The translations under genes and the position numbers were made by a program. Source: Patescibacteria group bacterium (GTDB lineage Bacteria > Patescibacteriota > Patescibacteriia > UBA9934). From it: a stretch of 64,000 nucleotides of DNA. The notes under the pieces were generated by a model that was not told the DNA's origin, made no database searches, and worked only from the letters and a program-made list of their open reading frames with translations. Shown in pieces: positions 1 to 10,874 of this stretch (position 1 is the stretch's first letter; every line of letters begins with the position of its first letter). Location: contig JBAYHK010000002.1 in assembly GCA_041666145.1 (NCBI GenBank), positions 260 through 64,259 of the forward strand, in the 5' to 3' direction.

Positions 1-857
1 GAACCACCAGAAACCACAATACCCTTATCCATCACATCAGCAGAAAGTTCTGGAGGGGTTTCATTAAGCACTTCTTTTAATGTCGAAATGATTCCTTCAA
101 GTAATGGCTGAATAGCCTCAGTGACATCATCGGAAGTTACTTCAAGAATCTTTGGCAACCCAGTTATCATGTCTCGCCCCTTAATTTCCATTCGAAGTTT
201 TTCTGGAAGAAATATAGCGGAACCACAACGAATCTTAATATCTTCCGCGGTTCTTTCACCAATTGCCAAACTGTATGTTCGACGAACATGTTCCATGATT
301 GCTGCGTCCATTTTTACGCCGCCAATTCGCACCGACGTTGACGCAACAATACCGCCAAGAGAAATGACTGCCATTTCGCTCGTTCCGCCACCAATCTCTA
401 CGATCATGTGTCCATTCGGTGATCCAATGGGAATATTTGCGCCAATTGCTGCAACAATAGGTTGCTTAATAATATATGCGCTTTTTGCTCCTGCAGAAAT
501 TGCAGCATCTACGACTGCACGTCGTTCTGTGCTCGTTATTCCTCCCGGAACAGCAATCATGACTTCTGGACGAAAAATGCGAATACCGCCAAGCGCTTTA
601 TTCATGAAGTACCGCAACATTGCTTCTGTAGTTCTATAGTCAGCAATAACACCATCTTTCAAGGGCCGACGAGCAATGATGGTATCTGGAGTACGACCAA
701 GCATGTCTTTTGCTTCTTTTCCAACAGCAAGAACAGTCTTATCAATTTTTGAAACTGCAACAACAGAAGGCTCATTAATAATAATTCCTCGCTTTGGCAC
801 ATACACCAAAACTGTTGTGGTCCCAAGATCAATTCCTATCTTTTTGTTGAATCCCAT
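1..857 (-). CDS. mreB: Rod shape-determining protein MreB (3' end runs off the window)
   Basis: Manual translation from ATG at 857: MGFNKKIGIDLGTTTVLVYVPKRGIIINEPSVVA...RPLKDGVIADY...EIGGGTSE...TPPELSADVMDKGIVVSGG; actin-like ATPase motifs. Confidence 0.95.
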   Translation of the reverse strand, partial: MGFNKKIGIDLGTTTVLVYVPKRGIIINEPSVVAVSKIDKTVLAVGKEAKDMLGRTPDTIIARRPLKDGVIADYRTTEAMLRYFMNKALGGIRIFRPEVMIAVPGGITSTERRAVVDAAISAGAKSAYIIKQPIVAAIGANIPIGSPNGHMIVEIGGGTSEMAVISLGGIVASTSVRIGGVKMDAAIMEHVRRTYSLAIGERTAEDIKIRCGSAIFLPEKLRMEIKGRDMITGLPKILEVTSDDVTEAIQPLLEGIISTLKEVLNETPPELSADVMDKGIVVSGG

Positions 858-930
858 ATCGCCCTCAGCCTACTCCAATCTTGGCGACAGTGACGAATAA
901 ACTATCCCCAAAAAATGGGGAGGAAAATAC

Positions 931-2943
931 TCAAAATTCAATGAAAAAATCCTGGTCATGTTCCAAAGTCCCCTGAAAGGAATACACATCGTCGCCCCAA
1001 GCAGAAGACGCTTCTGAAGGCAATGCACTTCTTATCTTCTTATTAAAATCCAAATGAAAATCAATTTCTGGATCTAAAGCACCAAGTTGCTTCATGAGCC
1101 GTAATCGATATGATCCAGCAGCAATGGCATCGTCAATAGATTTTGGTAGTGTATAAACAAACGTTAATGTTCGAGATTGCCCTGGCTCAATAGATGTAAA
1201 TGTTCCAAAACTCGTCAAACCGAATTCGGACATTGTCGTAACCTCTCCAGGCAAACTCTGCGGGTTACGAATTGCGTCGTTTGCGAGGGAACCAGAAACG
1301 GAAATCAATTTCGCTCCAGCTGGAACATAAATTCTTGTATACGTTCTGTATCTTGAAGTCTTCCAATCAAACGTTCCTTGATGGTCATACCTAATAGATG
1401 CCGTTGCCTGATATCCAGTCACTGTCGGAATTATCGAATACGCGATTGATCGCTTCACTACAGGATCAGATTTCAATGAAGCCATATTTGCATCAACAAC
1501 CATGAAAACATCATTTGCATTTCCTTGCGTCACAGCTCCAGACCATCCATAATCTTTCAAAATCGCCTGCGCATCTTCATCTGTACTAAAAAAAGCTACA
1601 TCTTTATCTGCAAACCCAGAAGATAAAAGGGAAAAGACGTCGGCGAATCGTGACGGCGACACCTCAAGAAGCTTATCTAAAACCGCATTCGTCAATTCAC
1701 CAAGCACATCCTTACGATCACTTCGTGCAATACCTTGCTGCTCAAATGCAATTTCAACTTGATACTCTAAAAAGTCTGCAGCATTCTGAGAGTCATACGT
1801 CACACCGTTTACCGTGACTGGCCCAACAAAATCAAGAAGATGCTCCATAAATCCAGTCGTAATGCCAATCACTCCGTCTATCTGCGGGACTGGCCGACCG
1901 GCAACTGCAAACTCCTGTCGAAGAAGTGACGCGGTTTCTTGCGCTCCGGTGGGAAAATCTGGAGACCATGTCCCATCACGAAAATACCAAATTGGCTGCT
2001 CGAGATACTGTGCAATTGGTGAAGGTGACACAACGGCATACGCTGAGTTTTGCGCAACCAATGCGTCAACAGCATAAGCGTCGTCGGTAGTTAGACTCTT
2101 CATGTCCCCGTCACGAATAACAAGCAATCCATATGATCCTAAGAATCCTCCCGTTGGTCGAAGCTCCGTATCATTCATGAAAAGGAGAAGAAACTGTCGA
2201 TCACCCCTAAGGCCGGCAAACTCGCGCGTTATTCCAGCGAATGGAACAAGGAAATCAACTGACGTTTTTAAATCTGCGACTACTGCGGCAAATGGAGCAA
2301 TGAGCTCTCCAATAGCTGCAGTTTCTGGTAACGTTTCAAATGTCGCAATATTCTCACTCGCCAGCGCAAGCTTTACTTGCATAATCTGCAAATCCGGAAA
2401 TGAATCTGCAAAACGCACGAACAATGCACGCTTCACCGATATTGGAAGATCATGGATTGCGGTATGTTCTGAGCCTGGATCATTCCATGCAAGTGCTTTC
2501 CGCGCATCAGCAACAACGCCGTAAACATCGTTTGCAATTGTAACTGCATCTGCAAGAACATCAATCGTATTTTTCGTTGCATCAAGAACTCCAACCGTCG
2601 CGTCGTAACGAATTCCAATCCACGGAATATGAGAGGCAAAAGACACCATTTCAGCACCAGCTTGTGCCTCAAGCACGCCATCAGATGCTGCAGTTAAATT
2701 TATCTGCGCATTAAAAAAATCTGTTTCTGCAATATCTTCCTTGGCCGCAAGCAATGCATCACGCGTAGCGATTCCTCCTCGAACAACTCGAGTTGCAGCA
2801 ACTCCTACATAAATACACCCAAAAAAAATCGCTCCGACAATTAGCACAATCCCAATACCAAAATGCCACCGTCGCCGTCGACGCAAACTCGGCGCAGGTA
2901 CTGGCACCTTTGAAACCTCAGAAGTAGACGGTTCAAGAAACAT
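931..2943 (-). CDS. DUF4012-like membrane-anchored protein
   Basis: N-terminal TM helix; LLLFMNDTELRPTGGFLGSYG and RDGTWSPDFP motifs typical of DUF4012 proteins. Confidence 0.75.
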   Translation of the reverse strand: MFLEPSTSEVSKVPVPAPSLRRRRRWHFGIGIVLIVGAIFFGCIYVGVAATRVVRGGIATRDALLAAKEDIAETDFFNAQINLTAASDGVLEAQAGAEMVSFASHIPWIGIRYDATVGVLDATKNTIDVLADAVTIANDVYGVVADARKALAWNDPGSEHTAIHDLPISVKRALFVRFADSFPDLQIMQVKLALASENIATFETLPETAAIGELIAPFAAVVADLKTSVDFLVPFAGITREFAGLRGDRQFLLLFMNDTELRPTGGFLGSYGLLVIRDGDMKSLTTDDAYAVDALVAQNSAYAVVSPSPIAQYLEQPIWYFRDGTWSPDFPTGAQETASLLRQEFAVAGRPVPQIDGVIGITTGFMEHLLDFVGPVTVNGVTYDSQNAADFLEYQVEIAFEQQGIARSDRKDVLGELTNAVLDKLLEVSPSRFADVFSLLSSGFADKDVAFFSTDEDAQAILKDYGWSGAVTQGNANDVFMVVDANMASLKSDPVVKRSIAYSIIPTVTGYQATASIRYDHQGTFDWKTSRYRTYTRIYVPAGAKLISVSGSLANDAIRNPQSLPGEVTTMSEFGLTSFGTFTSIEPGQSRTLTFVYTLPKSIDDAIAAGSYRLRLMKQLGALDPEIDFHLDFNKKIRSALPSEASSAWGDDVYSFQGTLEHDQDFFIEF

Positions 2944-2961
2944 GGAAGCGATAAATTGCCT

Positions 2962-3987
2962 TCAGTGTATCACGCGCAACGAAAATTTCCGACGAATTTC
3001 TGCGAGAGATATCTGAGAATGCTGAGAAAGAAATCGACGAGCCTTCCACATCCGAAAAAAAGGAAAAAGGAAAAATTCCTTTCGATGAGAAGAATGAAAA
3101 AATCTCTCCAATACGCTTCGCGGGAGATCCAAAAATATCGCTCGAGGAAGATACTGTATGCATGCAATAAAACTAAGATGTTTCCAAAGCAACAACCAAT
3201 AATCAAAAATGAAATCAGGAGAACTCCTCTGGAGTCTAAGCCATCGAGTCTTGTGAAGGTCAGTCGCGAAACCCCGATACCGATGCGCTTTTGCACTTGG
3301 ATCAAATTTCGTCACAAATCCGCTACGCGCGCACCGCAACGCAAAATCAATCTCACCCATCCTCTCACTCAAAATATCGTCAAATACTTTTCCTTCATAA
3401 AGCAGGGACTCGAGCACACGGGCACGCATGCACAAAATACCAGATGCAGATAAAATATCATCAGTATTCATGTCATATTGTCCCCGGTCCATGTCTCCAG
3501 CACCTCGATCTGCAAAGCGCCACCATGGAAGAATTACTCTTCCTGTAGTGTCGATAATATCGGACTGCACAGCATCTGTGTCTCCATCGCCACGTTCAGA
3601 AAATGCACGAAGGATTTTTGGCTGTAAAAGATCAATATCAGGATTCTCTTCAAATGTACGCAAAAGATTCGCGATCATATCAGGCTGCAAAACCATTCCG
3701 CTCTCCGTAAAAATCACCACATGAGAGCTTTGATCATCATGAAAGCGCTCAAGAGCAATTCGAATGAGTTGATTTCGAGCCACCGCAGCCCCAACATATC
3801 TCGTACTCCGAACCACAAGCCAATGTGGTTCATTTTTTAAAATGTACTGCACTGTTTCACCGTCAGAACTTCCATTATCAAACATGCGAATCGTTATATC
3901 TTTATGCGTTTGTGCATGGATCGAAGCAAAAAGATTCGGCAAATACCCAACATCATTCCAGGTGGTTATACAAAGAGACACATGCAT
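2962..3987 (-). CDS. Glycosyltransferase family 2 (divergent)
   Basis: VSLCITTWN...FDNGSSDG N-terminus; GT-A layout, DxD position degenerate (FTESG). Confidence 0.8.
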   Translation of the reverse strand: MHVSLCITTWNDVGYLPNLFASIHAQTHKDITIRMFDNGSSDGETVQYILKNEPHWLVVRSTRYVGAAVARNQLIRIALERFHDDQSSHVVIFTESGMVLQPDMIANLLRTFEENPDIDLLQPKILRAFSERGDGDTDAVQSDIIDTTGRVILPWWRFADRGAGDMDRGQYDMNTDDILSASGILCMRARVLESLLYEGKVFDDILSERMGEIDFALRCARSGFVTKFDPSAKAHRYRGFATDLHKTRWLRLQRSSPDFIFDYWLLLWKHLSFIACIQYLPRAIFLDLPRSVLERFFHSSHRKEFFLFPFFRMWKARRFLSQHSQISLAEIRRKFSLRVIH

Positions 3988-3996
3988 ATTCGAAAA

Positions 3997-5490
3997 CTAG
4001 TCACGAGACGATGCAATCTTCTTTGTTACGTTAAATCCAAGATACTTTCCGAACATAAAACGTGTTTGCGCATCAAGTGCAGGCAATGCTCCAAAGAGAA
4101 CAAAAGTTACCGGAGACAATACCCACTGGCCAAACATCACAAGCCAAGTAAAACGCGATGCTCTCTGCGGGCGCGGAGGGAGCAAGAAAAAGCTCAGCCC
4201 TCCAGTTACAAAAACACCAAAAGTTGCAAGTCGCATCATTGCTTCGAGCGTATAAGGAGAATTTACAATAATCGCGCTCTGCGAATTCGTAACGGTCAAA
4301 AATGGAACGTATCCGAGAATAAAAATAATGAATGGCGCCACAGCCCAAGTGAACATCCCTTCCAAATGGTTAAAAAGATATGTCACCTTTTTCTTCCAAG
4401 ACAGCAATGGATGCTCTCGAAACTTTGTCACCATGTATGGAAAATGCTCAACACCCCATGCCCATCGACGCTGCTGCTTATACAGTGCGACAAGACTCTC
4501 CCAATACGTTCCACCCGCAACAGTATCCATAGATACCGGAAGGAAAACTGGAGTAACACGATAGTCCCCGTTGTAGTGCAAAAATGCCTGCATAAAAATA
4601 CGCGAATCTTCACTCACCAAATCCGGTTCCCAAAACCCAACATCAACCAACATACGCCATGGCATGGAGTGCGAAGAAAAAGTCCACAATCGCTCAGGCC
4701 TCACTAGCTCCGCAAGCAACCAAAATGTTGTTCCAAATGCAGCAATGCGTACCGGCGCTGCTGCTGTCCAAATATTATTAGAAAATACAGTGACCGGCTG
4801 AAATGACGTCCGAGTTGGATTTGGTTCTGTGAGAAAAAGGTGTGTAAGTTTTGCGAAATATTGCGGATGAGCCACGGTATCAATATCAAATGCAGAAACA
4901 ATAATGTCATCGTATGGAATACCCTTCTCATCAATAATCTTTTTTATCTCACCGCCCATGTGATGAAGATTTGATCCCTTACCCACGATTTCTCCAGGAA
5001 TCTGAAACGGATGAATCGTAATAATAAAATCCGCAAAATTCGCACCATATTGGTCTCGCATCTTTGAAGCAATCCGAGAGAAATTCTCCTGATCACGCTC
5101 CTCACCTCCGAGCGCGACAATCATGCGATCTGTTCGATACGGGCCACGAAGAAGTGACCGAATAGCCTCCTCCACGATTGACTCATCTTCTCCAACTGTC
5201 GGAAGCATAACCAAATGGTAGACGCGCTCCCAATTCGGCAACTTCTTTACCTCAGCGTGCCAATCGATAGCTATCGTCTTCCTATATGACCGATATGCCG
5301 CAACAACGTGAATAACAAAATAATAAACTCTTAACATCCAGTACAGATCAAAAACAATAATAAAAACTATACCGACAACTGGAGCAAAAATAGAAAGGGC
5401 GAGAATAGTAAATAAAACAGACCACGCAATAATTCCCGGAATCATTTCTAATCTTCTATACCTACCATATTGACCAAATTGTTCAGCCAT
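3997..5490 (-). CDS. Membrane-embedded processive-type GT2 glycosyltransferase
   Basis: TM helices at both ends; GKGSN, DID, SED and QQRRW (QxxRW) motifs. Confidence 0.85.
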   Translation of the reverse strand: MAEQFGQYGRYRRLEMIPGIIAWSVLFTILALSIFAPVVGIVFIIVFDLYWMLRVYYFVIHVVAAYRSYRKTIAIDWHAEVKKLPNWERVYHLVMLPTVGEDESIVEEAIRSLLRGPYRTDRMIVALGGEERDQENFSRIASKMRDQYGANFADFIITIHPFQIPGEIVGKGSNLHHMGGEIKKIIDEKGIPYDDIIVSAFDIDTVAHPQYFAKLTHLFLTEPNPTRTSFQPVTVFSNNIWTAAAPVRIAAFGTTFWLLAELVRPERLWTFSSHSMPWRMLVDVGFWEPDLVSEDSRIFMQAFLHYNGDYRVTPVFLPVSMDTVAGGTYWESLVALYKQQRRWAWGVEHFPYMVTKFREHPLLSWKKKVTYLFNHLEGMFTWAVAPFIIFILGYVPFLTVTNSQSAIIVNSPYTLEAMMRLATFGVFVTGGLSFFLLPPRPQRASRFTWLVMFGQWVLSPVTFVLFGALPALDAQTRFMFGKYLGFNVTKKIASSRD

Positions 5491-5497
5491 ACTGTTT

Positions 5498-5905
5498 TTA
5501 TCGACGCAAAGCGTCTTTATTACTTGCTGTTATCCGTGCAGCGTATGCATAAATTGGCCGTGCCATTGGGATGGACTTCGCATCACGAAGTGCAACAAGG
5601 ATCGTTCGATCGTCTGCATCTTTTTCTAAAGAAACACCGAAAATTGGAATCGATCGAGCAAATGCAAACGCGTTCACAATGGCGAGTGTACTTCGAAGTG
5701 CCGTAGCAGATCCTGGCCCAAGAACTACAACAATTCCAGAAATCTGCCCGGAACCTGGCATGTCAATCATTTGAGTTATTTTGCCTAAAAACTCCTCTGG
5801 CGAAAGCTGAAAACGAAAAGGCTGCAAAAGAAATATCGATCGCTCATCATTAAGTATGCCTAAAACTAGAGAATCAATCTCGCTCCCATTTACATAAAGC
5901 ATCAT
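5498..5905 (-). CDS. tsaB: Short TsaB-like t6A biosynthesis protein
   Basis: VVLGPGSATALR...NAFAFARSIPIFGV motif; ATGA overlap with the upstream gene gives the 5905 start. Confidence 0.7.
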   Translation of the reverse strand: MMLYVNGSEIDSLVLGILNDERSIFLLQPFRFQLSPEEFLGKITQMIDMPGSGQISGIVVVLGPGSATALRSTLAIVNAFAFARSIPIFGVSLEKDADDRTILVALRDAKSIPMARPIYAYAARITASNKDALRR

Positions 5906-6561
5906 AGTTTTGGAAGAGTGTTCCAAAGAATCACGTTCTTCGCACCCAAAATACCGGCGAGAAACCTATCGCCAACTTCTTGTCTATATAAAAACTCATC
6001 ACGCGGCATAGCAGTGTAATTCACCTCTCTCGCGATGTCTCGTTCAAATTCGCGAACCGCAAGCGCAAGATCTTCGGAATCAATAGTGCCTACGATAAAT
6101 AAATCTGTTGGGACATCTTCCGAGTCAACGAATCTCCCGGTAAGCAAAACTAAACTTATATCGCCCTTCTCCTTAAGTACACGAACAATTTCTTGATTCA
6201 TTAATACCGCAGCCTTTCGCATAACTCCTCGTAAATCATCAAACAATGGGAACTCAACATTCGCCCGATAAAACTTCTTCTTCTCCCCCTTGCGCTCAAC
6301 GTCATCATCCGAAGCCTCTACAGCAAGTATTTTCCCTTCCACTTCAAGAACAATTCCAACATCAACTAAATTCTTCAGCTCTCGACGAACCGAGTTCAGC
6401 TGAGCGTCAATACGACGCGTCAATTCTCGAACATAAAAGGCTCGGTCCGCATTCTCTAAAAAGAGTGTCAGCAGCCGAGCGCGAGTCTTTGAACCAAAAA
6501 GTTGTTCAATCCGAAATTCTCGAATACCTTCTCCTCGCTGTTCCTGAGTTTCATTGTCCAT
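5902..6561 (-). CDS. Winged-helix HTH protein with C-terminal nucleotidyltransferase-like domain
   Basis: LFGSKTRARLL...YVRELTR...NSVRREL HTH; C-terminal TGRF...DLFIVG...EVNY minimal NTase-like pattern. Confidence 0.7.
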   Translation of the reverse strand: MDNETQEQRGEGIREFRIEQLFGSKTRARLLTLFLENADRAFYVRELTRRIDAQLNSVRRELKNLVDVGIVLEVEGKILAVEASDDDVERKGEKKKFYRANVEFPLFDDLRGVMRKAAVLMNQEIVRVLKEKGDISLVLLTGRFVDSEDVPTDLFIVGTIDSEDLALAVREFERDIAREVNYTAMPRDEFLYRQEVGDRFLAGILGAKNVILWNTLPKL

Positions 6562-6611
6562 AGGCTAAAATCTGCCTATACTGTACAAAGAATCCTTCTT
6601 CTCGCGCAACC

Positions 6612-8759
6612 ATGAACACCCCAATCTTCCGCCTCAAATCCGCAGAACTCCTCGTGCCTGGATCATCACCAGAGCATATGAGTGTAAAAACCATACTTTT
6701 GACTCTTTCAAAAGGCAATGGAAGTATTTTTGGTCTTATCAACGTCACGTCAAGACAAGAAGAGGAACGAGAACGGCTCCTTCATATTGTTAGCAGTCAC
6801 CTTGAAGTAATGAAATCCGACATCACATCTGAAGAAATCAATATTCCAAGACGGTTCGAATCCATGCTCGTCACCCTAAATGCCGATCTTGCACGATTTG
6901 CGGGTTCACACAATGTCCCACTAAAGAATGTCAACATTATTGTTGGCGTCATGACCAATACCCAAGTTTTTTTTAGTGGCACAGGCACAAATCACGCACT
7001 TTTTCTTCATCGGACTGCAGAACGTAGATATGTTATATACGAACTCGATCTTCAACTTGCAAGCCAAGAAAATACATGGGAGAAGCCACTTATAACTGTA
7101 CTTGACGGAGAGCTTCATGCTGGCGACGTTTTTTATGTCGCGACACGCGTTCCGCCACACGCACTAAGCCTGAGTGATCTGCAAGACATCCTTGTTACGC
7201 TCCCACCAAATGGAGCGCTTGAACGCATCCAACAATTCGTCCCGGTTACAACAACCTTCGGAAGTGTGTGTTTCCATATTAATGACGACGCACCGATTGG
7301 CCCACCGAAAAAAGGAAATCCGATGGCATCACTTTCCAACCTAGAAGAAACAAAAACACGTACTGCGGATTTGCTTGGCGATCAAACTCCAGACATCGCA
7401 CAAAAAATCGTCGCTCTCATGAATTCCACAAAAAAGATACTCATGTCTTACAGTGAAAATGCAGTGTGGCGTGGTGTAAAACGCATATTACGTGAAGCCA
7501 TAAACATGATCGAATCACTTTTACGCAATAAGAGTGAGAACAAACCCACACAAACGAGACACTTACAAAACCCTAACAGTCGCTTTGCTGGACTTTCTAC
7601 AAAAATTATCGCACTCCGCCATGCAGGAATTACCGCGGCACAAGGGACGTCTCGAACAACAAAAATCGTAGGAATAATTGTTGCAATTATTTGTATCATT
7701 ATTATTGTAAGTATCGGAACGAATCGCGCACAACAACGCAATGCAACGGCAAACGCAACGTACGAATCGCTCGTAACAAAAATCGAAGAGAAGCGTACGA
7801 CTGCAGAAGCATCAATCATTTATGGAAACACCCAAGATGCGCAAATCCTCCTGACAGACGCAAAAACGCTCATCGCGACGCTTCCAAGAGAGACGAGTGC
7901 TCAGGAAACAAAAGCGGAATATCTTCTCAACGCCGTTAACGAACTTCTCGGAAAAACTCGAGGGCTCGAAACTGTCATTCCAACAATCATTGCCACACTC
8001 CCTGCAGAATTCGCCTTCCCGTTAATTGGAATGACCAGTGCAGAAAATGCAATATACGGAGTTGCGGCAGATGCAGCACCATGGCGAGTGAATGAAATTA
8101 ATAAATTACTTGAACGAGTAGACATCAACACGAGTCCGGCGCAAAACATCACAATAATAACTAGTGAAGGAGAAAACATTCTCAGCGTCGACATGGACAA
8201 ACGACTTTGGCGTACAACCACAGGTGTCCCGAGCGTAACATCGCTTACCAGTGGAATGGACTCAATGTCGAGCGTCGAAGATTTTGCCTCTTATAATGAC
8301 AATATATACGCACTTTCTTCTGTAAGCGGCCAAATTATAAAAATGCGACCACAAGGACTCAATTTTGAAGCAGGAACTCCTTGGATCAGTGCGAAAACGA
8401 GCGATCTTTCACAAACCCATGCGCTCGCCATTGATGGAAACGTCTGGATTTTGTCAGATAACGATGTTGTAAAGTTCGCAAGCGGAAAAGAAATTCCTTG
8501 GGACCACGCAACCATCGATCCTTCACTCGAAAAACCTATCGACATCTGGACCGATGTTGATTCAAAATATCTCTACATTCTTGATGGTAAAGATGGACGA
8601 GTTCTTGTTATGGACAAAGAAGGAGGCGGAATCGTTGCTCAATACATTGCAAACATCTCGGGAATTGTAGGATTCACAGTCCGAGAAAGTGAAAATAGAA
8701 TTCTTCTCTCCACAGCAACAACGATCTATTCCTACACAGCATCACATCTGCTCAAGTAA
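6612..8759 (+). CDS. Membrane protein: PP2C-like N-terminal region, TM helix, C-terminal beta-propeller-like domain
   Basis: 715-aa ORF; TM near aa 352-370; NHL-like repeats (ALAIDGNVWIL, YLYILDGKDGRVLVMDK). Confidence 0.55.
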   Translation: MNTPIFRLKSAELLVPGSSPEHMSVKTILLTLSKGNGSIFGLINVTSRQEEERERLLHIVSSHLEVMKSDITSEEINIPRRFESMLVTLNADLARFAGSHNVPLKNVNIIVGVMTNTQVFFSGTGTNHALFLHRTAERRYVIYELDLQLASQENTWEKPLITVLDGELHAGDVFYVATRVPPHALSLSDLQDILVTLPPNGALERIQQFVPVTTTFGSVCFHINDDAPIGPPKKGNPMASLSNLEETKTRTADLLGDQTPDIAQKIVALMNSTKKILMSYSENAVWRGVKRILREAINMIESLLRNKSENKPTQTRHLQNPNSRFAGLSTKIIALRHAGITAAQGTSRTTKIVGIIVAIICIIIIVSIGTNRAQQRNATANATYESLVTKIEEKRTTAEASIIYGNTQDAQILLTDAKTLIATLPRETSAQETKAEYLLNAVNELLGKTRGLETVIPTIIATLPAEFAFPLIGMTSAENAIYGVAADAAPWRVNEINKLLERVDINTSPAQNITIITSEGENILSVDMDKRLWRTTTGVPSVTSLTSGMDSMSSVEDFASYNDNIYALSSVSGQIIKMRPQGLNFEAGTPWISAKTSDLSQTHALAIDGNVWILSDNDVVKFASGKEIPWDHATIDPSLEKPIDIWTDVDSKYLYILDGKDGRVLVMDKEGGGIVAQYIANISGIVGFTVRESENRILLSTATTIYSYTASHLLK

Positions 8760-8771
8760 AATCCGCATATC

Positions 8772-8803
8772 AAAAAACCTCCAGCAAACGCTGGAGGTTT
8801 TTT
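8772..8803. terminator. Bidirectional intrinsic terminator
   Basis: AAAAAACCTCCAGC-AAAC-GCTGGAGGTTTTTT between convergent genes. Confidence 0.85.
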
Positions 8804-8809
8804 CTAAAG

Positions 8810-9193
8810 TTACTTCAATGTGACTGTAGCACCAGATGCTTCCAATTTTGCCTTCATGTCATCTGCTTCTGCCTTTGACACATTCTCCTTTACTGCCTTT
8901 GGCGCTGCGTCAACGATGTCCTTCGCTTCCTTAAGCCCGAGACCGGTGACTTCGCGAACTGCTTTAATGACGTTAATCTTACTGTCGCCAACTGCAGTGA
9001 TCTCAACAGTGAACGTGCTCTTCTCCTCTTCTACTGGAGCACCTGCCGCTGCTGGAGCTGCCATCATCATTGCTGGAGCTGCTGCGGAAACGCCGAAATT
9101 CTCTTCCAAAACCTTTACCAATTCTGAAAGGTCCAATACAGACATCTTTTCAATTTCGCTCACGATTGACTGAAACTTTGCTGGGATTTCCAT
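8810..9193 (-). CDS. rplL: 50S ribosomal protein L7/L12
   Basis: [23 protein letters not shown] motif. Confidence 0.98.
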   Translation of the reverse strand: MEIPAKFQSIVSEIEKMSVLDLSELVKVLEENFGVSAAAPAMMMAAPAAAGAPVEEEKSTFTVEITAVGDSKINVIKAVREVTGLGLKEAKDIVDAAPKAVKENVSKAEADDMKAKLEASGATVTLK

Positions 9194-9204
9194 ACAAGAA
9201 ATAA

Positions 9205-9732
9205 TTAAGAAACTTTTTGATCCTTCACCGCACCAAGCACCGTAACCAAACCGCGCAAATTTCCTGCAAGAACATTAACGAATCCATTAACCGGTGCGTT
9301 AATCGTTCGAACCAATTGGCCAAGAAGCTGTTCCTTGCTTGGCAAGTCTGCCAAACGTCCAACTGCCTCTTTTCCAATCATCTTTCCTTCCAACACACCA
9401 GCAATGAGCGCTCCAATGTCATTTCCCCTCAGAAAATCTTTGAGCGTCTTTGCTGCACTGACCTCGTCACCGTATGACACGGCGGTAAGGATGGAACCTT
9501 GAAGCGCATCTGGAACAAAGCCTTCAATCCCCGCTTCTTTCGCGCCGAGTAAAAGCAACGTCTTCTTCGCAATGAAGATATCGACGCCGTTCTCTCGAGC
9601 TTTTGAACGCAAGGTATCGGCCTGTGCCATGGTGAAGCCAGAAACAGAGATAAATGCCGCGCCCTTCATGGCGCCAAGCTTCTCCGCAATACCGGCCACG
9701 ATATCGCGCTTTTGTGCACGAGACTTTGGCAT
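9205..9732 (-). CDS. rplJ: 50S ribosomal protein L10
   Basis: AKKTLL and [15 protein letters not shown] motifs; upstream of rplL. Confidence 0.97.
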   Translation of the reverse strand: MPKSRAQKRDIVAGIAEKLGAMKGAAFISVSGFTMAQADTLRSKARENGVDIFIAKKTLLLLGAKEAGIEGFVPDALQGSILTAVSYGDEVSAAKTLKDFLRGNDIGALIAGVLEGKMIGKEAVGRLADLPSKEQLLGQLVRTINAPVNGFVNVLAGNLRGLVTVLGAVKDQKVS

Positions 9733-9752
9733 AGTGATGTTAATAAATAGCA

Positions 9753-9865
9753 GCCCTTTCGGGGCCGCAGACTTGTTTCCTCTTCGCTTTCCACAAAGCG
9801 CTGAAGAATAGAGATTCTCGGCAGGATTTCCAGCGCCTAACGGCGCAACCTGCTGTCTGCGGATC
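9753..9865 (-). promoter_or_regulatory. L10 leader (autoregulatory 5' UTR)
   Basis: Minus strand CCGCAGACAGCAGG...CCTGCCGAG matches the L10-leader core; closes with GTCTGCGG; TTGACG/TAGAGT promoter-like pair upstream. Confidence 0.75.
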
Positions 9866-9933
9866 TCGAGGACGCGAATACTCTAGCACAATTACATCTT
9901 CCGTCAAATCTTTGCGAATCTTGGCCACTTTTT

Positions 9934-9962
9934 TTGACGAAAGCCTCTTTTTCTGGTAGTAT
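9934..9962 (+). promoter_or_regulatory. Sigma70-type promoter of the GGDEF gene
   Basis: TTGACG-17 nt-TAGTAT with TG extended -10. Confidence 0.6.
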
Positions 9963-10019
9963 TGTTTGTTCGGAAGTGCAGATTTTCAAAGATACAACCC
10001 AGAAAATACGAGGGACGAC

Positions 10020-10685
10020 ATGGCCACAAAAACCGCTTCGGATCTCAAGAGAGACTTAGGTCAAGCCAGGCGGGAAGTCAAACTTCTTAATGCCTTGCTC
10101 AAAGCTCGTGACGAAGAAGTTGAAAGGCTTAAGGAAGAAACTAGAAAACGCGAAGAGGAGGTCCAAAAACTCATAGAACTCGCCTACGTCGATGTATTGA
10201 CCGGTCTGCCGCGTCGCGAGCCCGCGTTCGACCATCTGCGACGAGAATTACGAGATTCGTTTACAGCAAAGAATCCGAGATCAGAAGGCGCCACGATCGG
10301 AATCCTTTATATGGACCTAGTTGGATTCAAAAGAGTAAACGATGAAATAGGACACGATGCTGGAGACAACGTGTTGAGATGTGTTGGCCAAATCCTCCGC
10401 ACAATGATCCGTCCAAAGGACTTCGCGGCGCGATGGGGTGGTGACGAATTCTTGATCATGTTCCCAGGTGCAAGGGCGGAAATCCTCCAAATGATCGCCG
10501 AACGCATCTTCGCCAGAATCCTGCTCATCGAAAACAGTGTGAGCGTCCGGATCGGCGGAATCGTCTACAAAGGAAGATCAGGAATCACGGCGGAGCTGCT
10601 TATTGCAGCGGCGGACAGAAAGGAACGCCAGCTACATTCCGATGGCAAAACTGGAATCCTGATCGAGGAGTATCAGGAGCCGTGA
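10020..10685 (+). CDS. Diguanylate cyclase (coiled coil + GGDEF)
   Basis: DVLTGL, FKRVNDEIGHDAGD, RPKD I-site and RWGGDEF. Confidence 0.92.
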   Translation: MATKTASDLKRDLGQARREVKLLNALLKARDEEVERLKEETRKREEEVQKLIELAYVDVLTGLPRREPAFDHLRRELRDSFTAKNPRSEGATIGILYMDLVGFKRVNDEIGHDAGDNVLRCVGQILRTMIRPKDFAARWGGDEFLIMFPGARAEILQMIAERIFARILLIENSVSVRIGGIVYKGRSGITAELLIAAADRKERQLHSDGKTGILIEEYQEP

Positions 10686-10874
10686 CCAACAACACACGAT
10701 CCCGCGGCGGCCAACTGGCAGCTGCGGGATTTGCCTTTAACCAACGTTTCGTCTTTGACGAAACAGCACTTTTCTGATTTTCTCCTCTGTTGCAAGGAGA
10801 TTCCTTCTCATTGCACCACACCCACCGGCTCTTGAAAGAGCCACTCAACTCCCCCCCCGAAGAACGGAGCCGCA